From an uncultured Chloroflexia bacterium (GTDB taxonomy: Bacteria > Chloroflexota > Limnocylindria > Limnocylindrales > CSP1-4), in assembly GCA_963833285.1 (NCBI GenBank), contig CAWHXM010000004.1, positions 192,481 through 256,480 on the forward strand: DNA of 64,000 nucleotides, in the 5' to 3' direction. The notes beneath the pieces are model-generated. The model had not been told where the DNA came from. It ran no database searches and saw only the letters and a list, made by a program, of their open reading frames with translations. The position numbers and the translations under genes are program-made. Below are positions 1 to 8,839 of this stretch, in pieces. Numbering within the stretch: the stretch's first letter is position 1; each line of letters starts with the position of its first letter.

Positions 1-125
1 AGCGCTTCGACGCCGTCGGTGCAGTGGATGAACCCCTCGGTCGCCAGCGACCCTGCCGCATAGGGCGTCCCCGCGTCGGCTGCGGCCCAGACCTCGGCCG
101 GCACGAGATGGTAGGTCGGTCGCAT
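1..125 (-). CDS. DUF952 family protein, N-terminal 41 codons (gene runs off the left edge)
   Basis: ATG at 125..123 in an ATGA overlap with the stop of the upstream TPP-enzyme gene. Translation MRPTYHLVPAEVWAAADAGTPYAAGSLATEGFIHCTDGVEA fits my recollection of the DUF952 N-terminus (W...GFIHC). Confidence 0.5.
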   Translation of the reverse strand, partial: MRPTYHLVPAEVWAAADAGTPYAAGSLATEGFIHCTDGVEA

Positions 126-2092
126 CAGCCCGGCGGCTGGTCGATCGACAGCCACGCCTTGTCGAGCGCGACCTGGATGACCGTGGTGCGGTCGGCGGCG
201 AGCGCCGCGCGCAAGGCCGGCTCGAATTCGGCATCGCGCTCCACGCGCGCGCCGCGGGCGCCGCACGCCCGGGCGATCGCCGCGAAGTCGACCGACCCGA
301 GCTCGGTCGCGACCCCGATCCCGGTGCCGCGCCGTTCCTGCCACATCCGGATCGTCCCGTAGCGCTCGTTGTCGAAGGCGACCACGACGACCCGCGCGCC
401 GAGCCGGGTGGCCGTCTCGAGCTCGGCCATCGTCATCGCCAGCCCGCCGTCACCGACGAGCGCCACGACCGGACGATCGCGATGGACCAGCGCCGCCGCG
501 ATCGCCGCCGGGAGGCCATAGCCCATCGCCCCGGACGTCGGTCCGAGGAACGTGCCAGGGCGCCGGAAGCGGAACCCGCGGCCGGCCCAGCTCGCGAAGT
601 TCCCCGCATCGGTGGTCACGATGGCGTCGTCGGGCAGGATCCGGCGGAGCGACGCGATGGTTCGGCCGGGGTGGACGCCCGGGCCGTCCCACGGCACGGC
701 GTCGACCACCGACGCCGCCTCCCACGCCTCCCGATCCTGGCGGTTGTGCTCCTGGCGGGTCGCGACCAGGGCGGCATCGAGCACGGCGCGACCGAGGAGC
801 CGCTCGTTCGCGGCCTTGAGGAACGCCTTGGCGTCCGCGGTCACGGCGATCGTCGGGGACGTCGAGCCCGTGGCGGCCGCCGGGACGAGGTCGACGTGCG
901 CCCAGGGCAGCCCCTCGCGCGGCACCGCGTAGCCGTACGTCGTCGGCTCGTTGAGGCGCGAGCCGAGCACGAGGAGCGCATCGGCGGCATCGAGACGTTC
1001 ACGGACCGATGACGCGGCCCCGAAACCAGCCATCCCGAGGTACAGGGCGTGGTCGTTGGAGATGACGTCTGCCCGTCGCCAGGCCGCGATGACGGGGACC
1101 TGCAGGAGCTCGGCGAAGCGAGTCAGCTCGGTCGACGTCCGGGCGCGGAGCACGCCGGCGCCGGCGAGGATGACCGGTCGCCTGGCCGAGGCGATGAATT
1201 CGATGACCGCCCGGAGCTCCTCGTCGGTGGCGCGCGCGACCGACGGTCGAACGGTGTCCAGGTGGGCGTCGTCGGGGACCGGCTCGTCGAGCAGGTCCTC
1301 CGCGAGCGACAGGAGGACCGGACCCGGCCGGCCGCCGAGGGCCTGGCGGATCGCCTCGGCCATCGCCGACGGGATCTCGCCGACCGACCCGGGCTCGGTC
1401 GCCCACTTGGCGAGGCCACCGAGGGTCGCCACCTGGTCGATCTCCTGGAACGCCTCGCGGCCGCGAACGGCACGCTCGACCTGCCCGACGATCACGAACA
1501 TCGGCGTCGAATCCTGGCGGGCGGTGTGGATGCCGATCGCCAGGTTCGCACCGCCGACCGCACGCGTGCCGAGACAGACGGCCGGCCGGCCGGTGAGCTG
1601 CCCGTGCGCCTCGGCCATGAACGCGGCGGCGCCCTCGTGGCGCGTCGCGACGACGCGAATCCCGGCACCCTCGAAGGCGTCGAGGAGCCCGAGGAACGAT
1701 TCGCCCGGGACCGTGAAGGCGTAGCGCACGCCCGCCGAACGGAGCGCATCCGCGATGAACCGACCGACCGTCCGCGGACCCGCCTCGACGATCGGCTCGA
1801 GATCGGGCGGCGGCGGGGCGCCCTCGACCAGGGACTCGACGTCTGCCGGCTCCCGGACGTCGGCGGCGGCGTCCCCGGGCGCAGGCTCGGCTGCAGCGTC
1901 GTCCGGTGGAGCTTCAGCCGGCGCGGGGGCGTCATCCGGTGCGGGATCCCCGGCCGGTTCGACCGCCGCCGGTTCGACGGCCGCCGGTTCGATCGCCTCG
2001 AGCGGCTCGGCGGCCGCAGCGTCGGATCCGGGCGCCACCTCGGCGACCTCGGTGGTCGGTTCGTCAGCGCGTGCGGCGTCGAGCTCGGTCAT
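125..2092 (-). CDS. thiamine-diphosphate-dependent enzyme, acetolactate synthase large-subunit-like, with ~100-aa acidic Ala/Pro-rich N-terminal extension
   Basis: 655-aa ORF. From ~aa 105: GRFIADALRSAGVRYAFTVPGESFLGLLDAF, RHEGAAAFMAEAHGQLTGRP, GAMGYGLPAAIAAAL, LVGDGGLAM. These are the three TPP-enzyme modules. Confidence 0.85.
   Translation of the reverse strand: MTELDAARADEPTTEVAEVAPGSDAAAAEPLEAIEPAAVEPAAVEPAGDPAPDDAPAPAEAPPDDAAAEPAPGDAAADVREPADVESLVEGAPPPPDLEPIVEAGPRTVGRFIADALRSAGVRYAFTVPGESFLGLLDAFEGAGIRVVATRHEGAAAFMAEAHGQLTGRPAVCLGTRAVGGANLAIGIHTARQDSTPMFVIVGQVERAVRGREAFQEIDQVATLGGLAKWATEPGSVGEIPSAMAEAIRQALGGRPGPVLLSLAEDLLDEPVPDDAHLDTVRPSVARATDEELRAVIEFIASARRPVILAGAGVLRARTSTELTRFAELLQVPVIAAWRRADVISNDHALYLGMAGFGAASSVRERLDAADALLVLGSRLNEPTTYGYAVPREGLPWAHVDLVPAAATGSTSPTIAVTADAKAFLKAANERLLGRAVLDAALVATRQEHNRQDREAWEAASVVDAVPWDGPGVHPGRTIASLRRILPDDAIVTTDAGNFASWAGRGFRFRRPGTFLGPTSGAMGYGLPAAIAAALVHRDRPVVALVGDGGLAMTMAELETATRLGARVVVVAFDNERYGTIRMWQERRGTGIGVATELGSVDFAAIARACGARGARVERDAEFEPALRAALAADRTTVIQVALDKAWLSIDQPPG
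1955..1999 (-). repeat. 3 x 15-bp tandem repeat inside the N-terminal low-complexity region of the TPP enzyme
   Basis: ccggttcgaccgccg / ccggttcgacggccg / ccggttcgatcgcct on the plus strand. It encodes the EPAAVEPAAVEP stretch. Confidence 0.8.
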
Positions 2093-2130
2093 GACGACAG
2101 TGCTCCTTCGGTCGGCCCCTCGCGGGGCGG

Positions 2131-2622
2131 TCAGCGATAGTTCTCGAACTGGAGCGGGACTGCCAGATCGAGTTCACGCAGTCGGGCGATGACACGCTGG
2201 AGGTCGTCACGGCTCTTGCCGGACACGCGGACGGCGTCACCCTGGATCTGCGACTTGACCTTCGGGAATTCCTCCCGGATCAGCTTGGTGATCTTCTTGG
2301 CGATCTCCTCCGACAGGCCTCGCCTGAGGCCTATGCGCTGGCGGACCTTGTTGCCGCCGGCCTCCTCCACTTTGCCCCAATCGAAGATCTTGAGCGACAG
2401 GCTGCGCCGGATCGCCTTCGACTCGATGAGGTCCTTGACCGCGGCCGCGCGGTACTCGTCGTCCGTGACCAGGATGAGCTCGTCCTTGGCCTGCGTCAGG
2501 TCGACGGTCACGCCCTTGAAGTCGAACCGGGTCCCGACCTCGCGACGCACCTGGTCGAGGGCGTTCCGGAGCTCCTGCTCGTCGAAATCGCTCACGACGT
2601 CGAATGATTGATCTCCCGCCAT
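2131..2622 (-). CDS. yajQ: YajQ family (UPF0234) nucleotide/cyclic-di-GMP-binding protein
   Basis: 163 aa. SFDVVSDFDEQELRNALDQVRREVGTRFDFKG...LQFENYR matches YajQ end to end. Confidence 0.9.
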   Translation of the reverse strand: MAGDQSFDVVSDFDEQELRNALDQVRREVGTRFDFKGVTVDLTQAKDELILVTDDEYRAAAVKDLIESKAIRRSLSLKIFDWGKVEEAGGNKVRQRIGLRRGLSEEIAKKITKLIREEFPKVKSQIQGDAVRVSGKSRDDLQRVIARLRELDLAVPLQFENYR

Positions 2623-2635
2623 CGATCCTCCTTCC

Positions 2636-3019
2636 CTACCCCGGCGGACCCGGCGCGACGATCCGCCACTCGTGGAGGCGGCTGATCCTGCCGTCGTCGG
2701 CGACCTCGGCGGTCATGAACCCGGCAACGTGAACGCGCCGGCCGTCCGCCCGCGCGATCCATGAAGCGTGCCACGCCGCGAGGATCGTCGAGCCCGACGC
2801 CCAGTGGCGCTCGACCGTGAAGTCGACGTCGCGCTGAGCCTCGGCCTCCCGGAGCATGAACGCCCGAAGAGCGTTGTGCCCGACGAGTGGCGCGCCGAAC
2901 GGGTCCTCATGGTACTCGGCATCCTCGCCGAAGATCGCCACCCAGGCATCGCCATCGAAGGCCTCCCAGGCCGCGCCATAGGCCGCGAGGAGATCGCCGG
3001 CAGCGGCGTAGTCGATCAT
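2636..3019 (-). CDS. SnoaL-like / NTF2-fold small protein
   Basis: 127-aa ORF with balanced composition (WEAFDGDAWVAIFGEDAEYHEDPFG...). The ATG overlaps the stop of the upstream Mur ligase gene. Family assignment is by pattern only. Confidence 0.55.
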   Translation of the reverse strand: MIDYAAAGDLLAAYGAAWEAFDGDAWVAIFGEDAEYHEDPFGAPLVGHNALRAFMLREAEAQRDVDFTVERHWASGSTILAAWHASWIARADGRRVHVAGFMTAEVADDGRISRLHEWRIVAPGPPG

Positions 3020-4572
3020 CAGGTCACCTCAAGCCGTGCCAGGAGCTGATCCGCGATCCGGTAGGAGTGCCCGCCACCCATGACCAGCACCGCGTCACCG
3101 GCGCGGACATGCTCCACAAGGGCCGCCGCGGTGGCGTCCACGTCGCCGGGGGCGAACACCGGGATCCCCGGGCGACGCGCGGCGACCGCGTCGGCCAGCG
3201 CCGCTGCTGAGGTGATCGTCGTATCGGGGTCGCGCCCGGCCCAGATGTCGGCGATCGCGACTGCGTCCGCCTCGGCCAGGACGTCCGCGAACGCGTCGAG
3301 CATCGCCGCCGTCCGGTGGTAGGTGAGCGGCTCGTAGACGGCCCACACGCGGCGGCCGGGCTCGCGCTGGCGGATCGCGGCGAGCGTCTCGCGGATGGCC
3401 GTCGGGTGATGTCCATAGTCGTCGTAGACGACGACGCCGGCGGCCTCGCCCTTGCGTTCCAGCCGGCGGCCGACCCCCTGGAAGCCGGCCAGACCGGCCG
3501 TGATCGCGGCGGGTGCGAGGCCAAGCGCCATGGCCGCCCCGGCGACCGCGAGCGCGTTCGACGCGTTGTGGCGACCGGCCGTGGCGAGCCGTACGCTGAT
3601 GGCGCCGGCCAGCTCGTCGAGCCCATAGACCTCGAGCGTCGTCCCATCCCGGTCCGCATCGACGATCCGTCCGAGCAGGGCCGCGGCCGGGCCTGCGGCC
3701 GTCGAGAATCGCTCACGGACGCCGCGCAGGTACCCACCGCGACCCGGCGACGTGTCCGCGACGGCGTAGGCGATCACCTTCAGGCGACGCCCGAGCAGGC
3801 GATCCACGACGACCTCCGCCCCGGGGTCGCCGACGTTGACCACGAGCGCGCCGTCGTCGGGCATCCCACGCAGCCACGTCTCGAACGCGGCGGTCACAGC
3901 GGCGCGGTCGGCGAAGACGTCGGGGTGGTCCCACTCGGCGCCGGTGAGGATCGCCACGTCCGGACGGTAGGCATCGAAGTTCCCGGCGTACTCGTCCGCC
4001 TCGACGACGAATGCCGCCCCCGCTCCGAGCCGGGCAGTGGCCGGCGGACCGCCCGTCACCGATGTCGGGAGCAGGGCCCCGACGAACGCGGACGGGTCCG
4101 CCCCGGCGGTGACGAGCGCGTGGACCAGCCACCCCGACGTCGTGCTCTTGCCGTGGGTCCCCGCGACCGCCACGAGCGTTCGCCCGGTCGCGGCATCGGC
4201 GACGACCTGCTGCCAGGGCTCGACCGGGATCCCCGCGGCGCGCGCCGCGGCCAGCTCCGGCTGGTCGGGGTCGATGGCGGTGAGTGCCTTGGTGACCGCG
4301 AGCCGATCCGGCGCCGGCGGCGTGGTGACGTGCGCCGCTGCGTGCTCGCCCGCGATCGGGATGCCGCGCGCTTCGAGCGCCGGGGTGTACGGGGACGGGC
4401 CACCCGGATCGCAACCGGTGACGGACGCTCCGGCGCCAGCGGCCAGGAGCGCCGCGGCGCTCGCCCCGGCTCCAGCCGCGCCCACGACATGGATCCGCTC
4501 GAGCCCCCGGATCGGTCGGGCCGGGCGGACGGGCGCCAGCCCCGCCCCGACGCGACCGGCTGCGGATGTCAC
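3019..4572 (-). CDS. Mur ligase family protein, MurC/Mpl type (UDP-N-acetylmuramate-L-alanine ligase-like)
   Basis: 517 aa. N-terminal Rossmann segment IHVVGAAGAGASAAALL..GCD, P-loop AGTHGKSTTSGWL, C-terminal DDYGHHPTAIRETL. GTG start in a GTGA overlap with the cinA stop. Confidence 0.8.
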   Translation of the reverse strand: MTSAAGRVGAGLAPVRPARPIRGLERIHVVGAAGAGASAAALLAAGAGASVTGCDPGGPSPYTPALEARGIPIAGEHAAAHVTTPPAPDRLAVTKALTAIDPDQPELAAARAAGIPVEPWQQVVADAATGRTLVAVAGTHGKSTTSGWLVHALVTAGADPSAFVGALLPTSVTGGPPATARLGAGAAFVVEADEYAGNFDAYRPDVAILTGAEWDHPDVFADRAAVTAAFETWLRGMPDDGALVVNVGDPGAEVVVDRLLGRRLKVIAYAVADTSPGRGGYLRGVRERFSTAAGPAAALLGRIVDADRDGTTLEVYGLDELAGAISVRLATAGRHNASNALAVAGAAMALGLAPAAITAGLAGFQGVGRRLERKGEAAGVVVYDDYGHHPTAIRETLAAIRQREPGRRVWAVYEPLTYHRTAAMLDAFADVLAEADAVAIADIWAGRDPDTTITSAAALADAVAARRPGIPVFAPGDVDATAAALVEHVRAGDAVLVMGGGHSYRIADQLLARLEVT

Positions 4573-5129
4573 CCGGGCCCCACTGCGGTCGCGCCGCCGG
4601 CCTCGATCCGCTCGAGCAGGAGCGTGAGGGCGGCCGCCGCGCTGAGCCGCTTGTTCTCACTGCGGTCGCCAGTCCACAGGTGGCGCTTGACCGCGACCCC
4701 GATCGCGTCCGCGACCGCGACGTAGGTCAGGCCCACCGGCTTGGCCGGGCTGCCGCCGTCCGGCCCCGCGATCCCGGTGACCGCCACCGCGAGGTCGGCG
4801 CCGGTCCGGGCGCGACCGCCGCTGGCCATCGCCATCGCGACCTGGGCCGACACCGCGCCGTGCGCCGCGAGGACGTCGTGGGGCACGCCGACCGTCTCGC
4901 GCTTGAGCTCGTCGGAGTACGTCACGAAGCCCCCGACGAAGTAGGCGCTCGATCCTGGGACCTCGGTGATGAGGTGGCCGACGAGACCGCCGGTGCACGA
5001 TTCGACGGTCGCGATGCGAAGCTCGTGGGCCTGGCAACGCTCGCCGAGCCGGACCGCGAGCACTGCCAGCGCGGCGGCGCCCGCGAACTCGTCCGTTGCG
5101 CCGCCGCCGGCGAGCCGGTCGTCCGCCAC
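4569..5129 (-). CDS. CinA family protein, C-terminal PncC-like (nicotinamide-nucleotide amidohydrolase) domain only
   Basis: The conserved part starts at GTG 5129, two nt after the rodZ-like stop: LRIATVESCTGGLVGHLITEVPGSSAYFVGGFVTYSDELK...GIAGPDGG. The track ORF extends to 5492, but that part is Arg-rich and overlaps the upstream gene. Confidence 0.8.
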   Translation of the reverse strand: MADDRLAGGGATDEFAGAAALAVLAVRLGERCQAHELRIATVESCTGGLVGHLITEVPGSSAYFVGGFVTYSDELKRETVGVPHDVLAAHGAVSAQVAMAMASGGRARTGADLAVAVTGIAGPDGGSPAKPVGLTYVAVADAIGVAVKRHLWTGDRSENKRLSAAAALTLLLERIEAGGATAVGPG

Positions 5130-5131
5130 GG

Positions 5132-6496
5132 CTAGGGCCGCTGCGTCTTTTCGGGCGGTTTCGGCGGCGCGAACAGCCACGTCTCGGGCACGCCGGGCCG
5201 GCCGAGCGTCCCGAGCGACGTGCCGTTCAACGTGAAGTACGTCACGCCGGACGACCCCGTCCTGACCTCGATCGAGTCGCGTCCGGTGAAGGTCAGGGCC
5301 TTGCCGTTCGAAACGACCTGGCCGGCCGCCCCGACGCTCGGCGCGATCTTGCCGTCGACCCACACCTTGATCCAGGCTCGCCCACCCTTGACCGTGACGA
5401 CGAGCGTCACGCCCTTGTAGGCGACCGTGACGCTGCGCGTCAGCGAGGCCGTCTTGCCCTCGGGACTGCGGGCGGTGACCGTAAGCGTCCACCGCCCGGC
5501 GGTGAGCTCGTACGGGGTGTTGAACGTGCCGTCATCGGCGACCTTGACCGTGACCGACGCCGGCACCGGCGGCGGCGCGGGCGACGCCTGACCGGCCGCC
5601 GTGGCCGGCCCGGACGAGCCGACCCAGGCCGCGCTCACGACCACGGACTCGGCGTTGGTCGCCTTGCCGGCGACCGGGATCGCCCCGTTCTCGAACGACG
5701 CGCCCTCCGACGGTTGGTCGACGGTCAGCGTCGGCGCCTCGATTACCAGGAACGGGACCGTGATGAAAAGATGGATCGTCTCCTCGGAGTGCTTGCCGGT
5801 GTCCGGGTCGAGCGCATTGACATCGAACTGGTTGCGGCCGCGACGCAGGTCGACGTCGGCCGACCACTTGCCATCGGACGTGGCGGTGACCTGGTAGGGG
5901 TCGCGCCCCGGCGTCGCGATCGACACGGTCGCACCGGGCAGGGTGTCGCCCTCGAGCGTGTACCTGGTCGTCAATTCGTCGACGTCGATGACGCTGGTCG
6001 CCGGCTGGGTCACCGCGATCGTGGGCGGCTTCGCGAAGCGGAGCACCTGGATGCCGAGATAGGCCCCGAAGGCGACCACGACGACCGTGAGCAGCGCCGC
6101 GACGACGATGCCCGGCGAGAACGTCAGACCTTTCCGCGGCGCGGTGATCGGCTTCGGGACGACGATCGCGGGGACCTGCTCCTTGCCGTCGCCGCGTTCC
6201 TTCCGCCACTGGAGGAGGACGTCGTCCGGATCGAGCCCGAGATAGAGCGCGTAGTTGCGCAGGAAGCCCTTGGTATAGACCGCGCCTGGGAGCTCCTTGT
6301 AGTCACCGCGCTCCAGGGCACCGAGGTAGCGCGCACGGATCTTGGTATCGCGCTCGGCCCGGTAGAGATCGACCCCCTTGCGCTCGCGCGCGGCGTACAG
6401 GCGCTCGGGCAGGCTCGGGCCGGGGTCGGCGCCCGCGCGGTCGGTGTCGGATCGATCGACCCGCACTGCGCGCTTGAGCTGCCCTCGCGTGGTCAT
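5132..6496 (-). CDS. RodZ-like membrane protein (N-terminal HTH, one TM helix, Ig-like middle, DUF4115-like C-terminus)
   Basis: 454 aa. LYAARERKGVDLYRAERDTKIRARYLGALERGDYKELPGAVYTKGFLRNYALYLGLD (RodZ HTH). TM helix IVVAALLTVVVVAFGAYLGI. C-terminal GGRAWIKVWVDGK...FTLNG. Confidence 0.75.
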   Translation of the reverse strand: MTTRGQLKRAVRVDRSDTDRAGADPGPSLPERLYAARERKGVDLYRAERDTKIRARYLGALERGDYKELPGAVYTKGFLRNYALYLGLDPDDVLLQWRKERGDGKEQVPAIVVPKPITAPRKGLTFSPGIVVAALLTVVVVAFGAYLGIQVLRFAKPPTIAVTQPATSVIDVDELTTRYTLEGDTLPGATVSIATPGRDPYQVTATSDGKWSADVDLRRGRNQFDVNALDPDTGKHSEETIHLFITVPFLVIEAPTLTVDQPSEGASFENGAIPVAGKATNAESVVVSAAWVGSSGPATAAGQASPAPPPVPASVTVKVADDGTFNTPYELTAGRWTLTVTARSPEGKTASLTRSVTVAYKGVTLVVTVKGGRAWIKVWVDGKIAPSVGAAGQVVSNGKALTFTGRDSIEVRTGSSGVTYFTLNGTSLGTLGRPGVPETWLFAPPKPPEKTQRP

Positions 6497-8838
6497 CCGT
6501 CTTCCCCGGGATCGTCGTCCAGTCCGCCCGTTCCGATCGCCTCGTCGCGACGAAGGACCGGCCGGGCATTCGACCCGTCGAATGCCCCGATATAGCCGCG
6601 CGCCTCCAGCTGATCGATCATCCGGGCCGCGCGCGCATACCCGACCTTGAGGCGGCGCTGGAGGAGCGACGCTGAAGCACGATCGTACTCCCGAATCACC
6701 TCGATGGCATCGGGCAGCAAGCGATCCGCATCCTCGTCCGCGAGATCGTCGGCCGAGCCGGTGGCCTCATCGCCGGTGTCGATGATCGCCATGTCGTACT
6801 GGGGGTCCTCGATCTGCGCCTTCCAGTGGTCCACGACGCGCGCGATCTCCGGGTCGGAGACGAAGACGCCCTGGAGCCGCATCGGGCGGGGCAGGTCCGA
6901 CGGCTGGTAGAGCATGTCGCCGCGACCGATGAGATCCTCCGCGCCCGGGGCGTCGAGGATGGTCCGCGAGTCGATCTGGGAGGCCATCGCGAAGGCGATC
7001 CGGCTCGGGAAGTTCGCCTTGATCAGCCCGGTCACGACGTTGACCGACGGGCGTTGCGTGGCCAGGACCATGTGGATGCCGGTCGCACGCGCCTTCTGGG
7101 CGAGGCGGACGATCGGGTCCTCGACGTTCTTGCCCTCGCGCATCATCAGGTCGGCGAGCTCGTCGACGATGATGACGATGTAGGGCATCCGATCCTCCGG
7201 GTCGGCCCGCGTCTCATTGAACGCCCGGATGTTGCGAGCCGATGCGCCGGCGAGGCGTCGGTAGCGGGCCTCCATCTCGTTGACCGCCCACTTGAGCGCG
7301 GCCTTGGCGCGCTCGGGCTCGGTGATGACCGGGACGAGCAGGTGCGGCAGCCCGTTGTAGGCCGCCAGCTCGACCCGCTTGAGGTCCATCAGGATCATCC
7401 GCACGTCATCGGGGGTCGCCTTGCACAGCAGGCTGGTGATGACCGCGTTGACCATCACGCTTTTGCCCGAGCCGGTCGCCCCGGCGATGAGCAGGTGCGG
7501 CATCTTGGCCAGGTCGACCGCCTTGGCCACGCCCGCGACGTCGCGGCCGAGCGCGAACGTCAGCTTCGACTCCGACGCGGTGAATTCGACCTCCTCGAGG
7601 ACTCGCCGCAGGGGCACCGCGTTGAAGTCCTTGTTCGGGACCTCGATACCGACCGCGCTCTTTCCGGCGATCGGTGCCTCGATCCGGAGCGAGTGCGCCG
7701 CGAGCGCCATCGCGAGGTCGTCGGATAGCGCCTCGATCCGGCTCAGCTTGATGTCCGGCGCCGGGTTCACCTCGTACTGGGTCACCACGGGCCCGGCGTT
7801 GCGCCCGACGATCCGGGCCGGGATGCCGAAGCTGGCAAGCTTCTTGACGATGATCTCCTCGTTGCGCCCGTGGACCGCCTCGTCGCCGCCGGCGTGGATC
7901 GGGATCGCGACGTCCTCGAGCACGGTGATCGGCGGGAGGATGTACTCGACGCGATCCTTGGTCAGCGGCGAATCGCCGGCGTCGGTGATGTCGTCGGGGT
8001 CGCGGACGGGCCGGATCGGAGCGACCAGCGTCGCCGCTGCCGCAGCAGTCCCGCGGGCGGGCGCGAACGTGTTGGAGGTCTGGCCCTTGCTGGGAACCGC
8101 CGCCGGGATGGCCAGCTCCTCGCCCTCGCCCCACGCGCCGGTCTGGCCGGGGGATGCGCCCGCCGGGACGGCCTTCCCGTTCGTCCGGGCACGATTGTTG
8201 GCCGCGATCGCGGCCTCCCCGGCAGCCACGCTCGCGTCGGCGTCGGGGTCAGGCGGGGTCCGGCGCATAGACGCGGCCGCGGTCGCCCCGAACCACCTGG
8301 CGGTCCCGACGGCGGGGTGCATGAGCCGCCGGAGCGGGATCCCGAACCCGACGATGATGCCGAGGATCGCGAGGCCGATGAGCAGGATGAACGCACCGGG
8401 CGCCGTGAACCAGTCGGTCAGGGTCCCCGCCAACGCTCGCCCGACGCGGCCGCCGGATACGCCGAGGACCTGGGCCGCGCCGACGATCCCGACGTAGGTG
8501 ATGCTCATCCCCAGGAGGGTGATCCCCCAGCCCGATCCGGGTCGCGTCCCAGGGCCCCATTCGAGCCACCATCCCGCGACCAGCAGGAAGAACGGCAACA
8601 GCCAGCGCATGGTGCCGAACCATGGTGCGAACACACCGGTCCACCAACGGGTAAGGGCACCCTCGCCGGACAGCATCAATGCGATGAACGTCATCGCACC
8701 GAGGACCAGCAGCGTCAGCCCGATGATCGAGCGGACGACCTCGGGCGTGATGCGCGAGCCCCAGGCGCTCGAGGTCGAGCGCGCCCGGGACGCGCGGGTG
8801 GGTGTCTTGCGGGTCGGCGTCCGGCGGCGCGTCGCCAC
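6493..8838 (-). CDS. ftsK: DNA translocase FtsK/SpoIIIE
   Basis: N-terminal TM helices, Walker A GATGSGKSV, LIVIIVDELADLMM, and a C-terminal gamma-like winged helix (LLQRRLKVGYARAARMIDQLE). The ORF runs to 8913, but I chose GTG 8838, just after the rnj stop. Confidence 0.92.
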   Translation of the reverse strand: MATRRRTPTRKTPTRASRARSTSSAWGSRITPEVVRSIIGLTLLVLGAMTFIALMLSGEGALTRWWTGVFAPWFGTMRWLLPFFLLVAGWWLEWGPGTRPGSGWGITLLGMSITYVGIVGAAQVLGVSGGRVGRALAGTLTDWFTAPGAFILLIGLAILGIIVGFGIPLRRLMHPAVGTARWFGATAAASMRRTPPDPDADASVAAGEAAIAANNRARTNGKAVPAGASPGQTGAWGEGEELAIPAAVPSKGQTSNTFAPARGTAAAAATLVAPIRPVRDPDDITDAGDSPLTKDRVEYILPPITVLEDVAIPIHAGGDEAVHGRNEEIIVKKLASFGIPARIVGRNAGPVVTQYEVNPAPDIKLSRIEALSDDLAMALAAHSLRIEAPIAGKSAVGIEVPNKDFNAVPLRRVLEEVEFTASESKLTFALGRDVAGVAKAVDLAKMPHLLIAGATGSGKSVMVNAVITSLLCKATPDDVRMILMDLKRVELAAYNGLPHLLVPVITEPERAKAALKWAVNEMEARYRRLAGASARNIRAFNETRADPEDRMPYIVIIVDELADLMMREGKNVEDPIVRLAQKARATGIHMVLATQRPSVNVVTGLIKANFPSRIAFAMASQIDSRTILDAPGAEDLIGRGDMLYQPSDLPRPMRLQGVFVSDPEIARVVDHWKAQIEDPQYDMAIIDTGDEATGSADDLADEDADRLLPDAIEVIREYDRASASLLQRRLKVGYARAARMIDQLEARGYIGAFDGSNARPVLRRDEAIGTGGLDDDPGEDG

Positions 8839-8839
8839 C

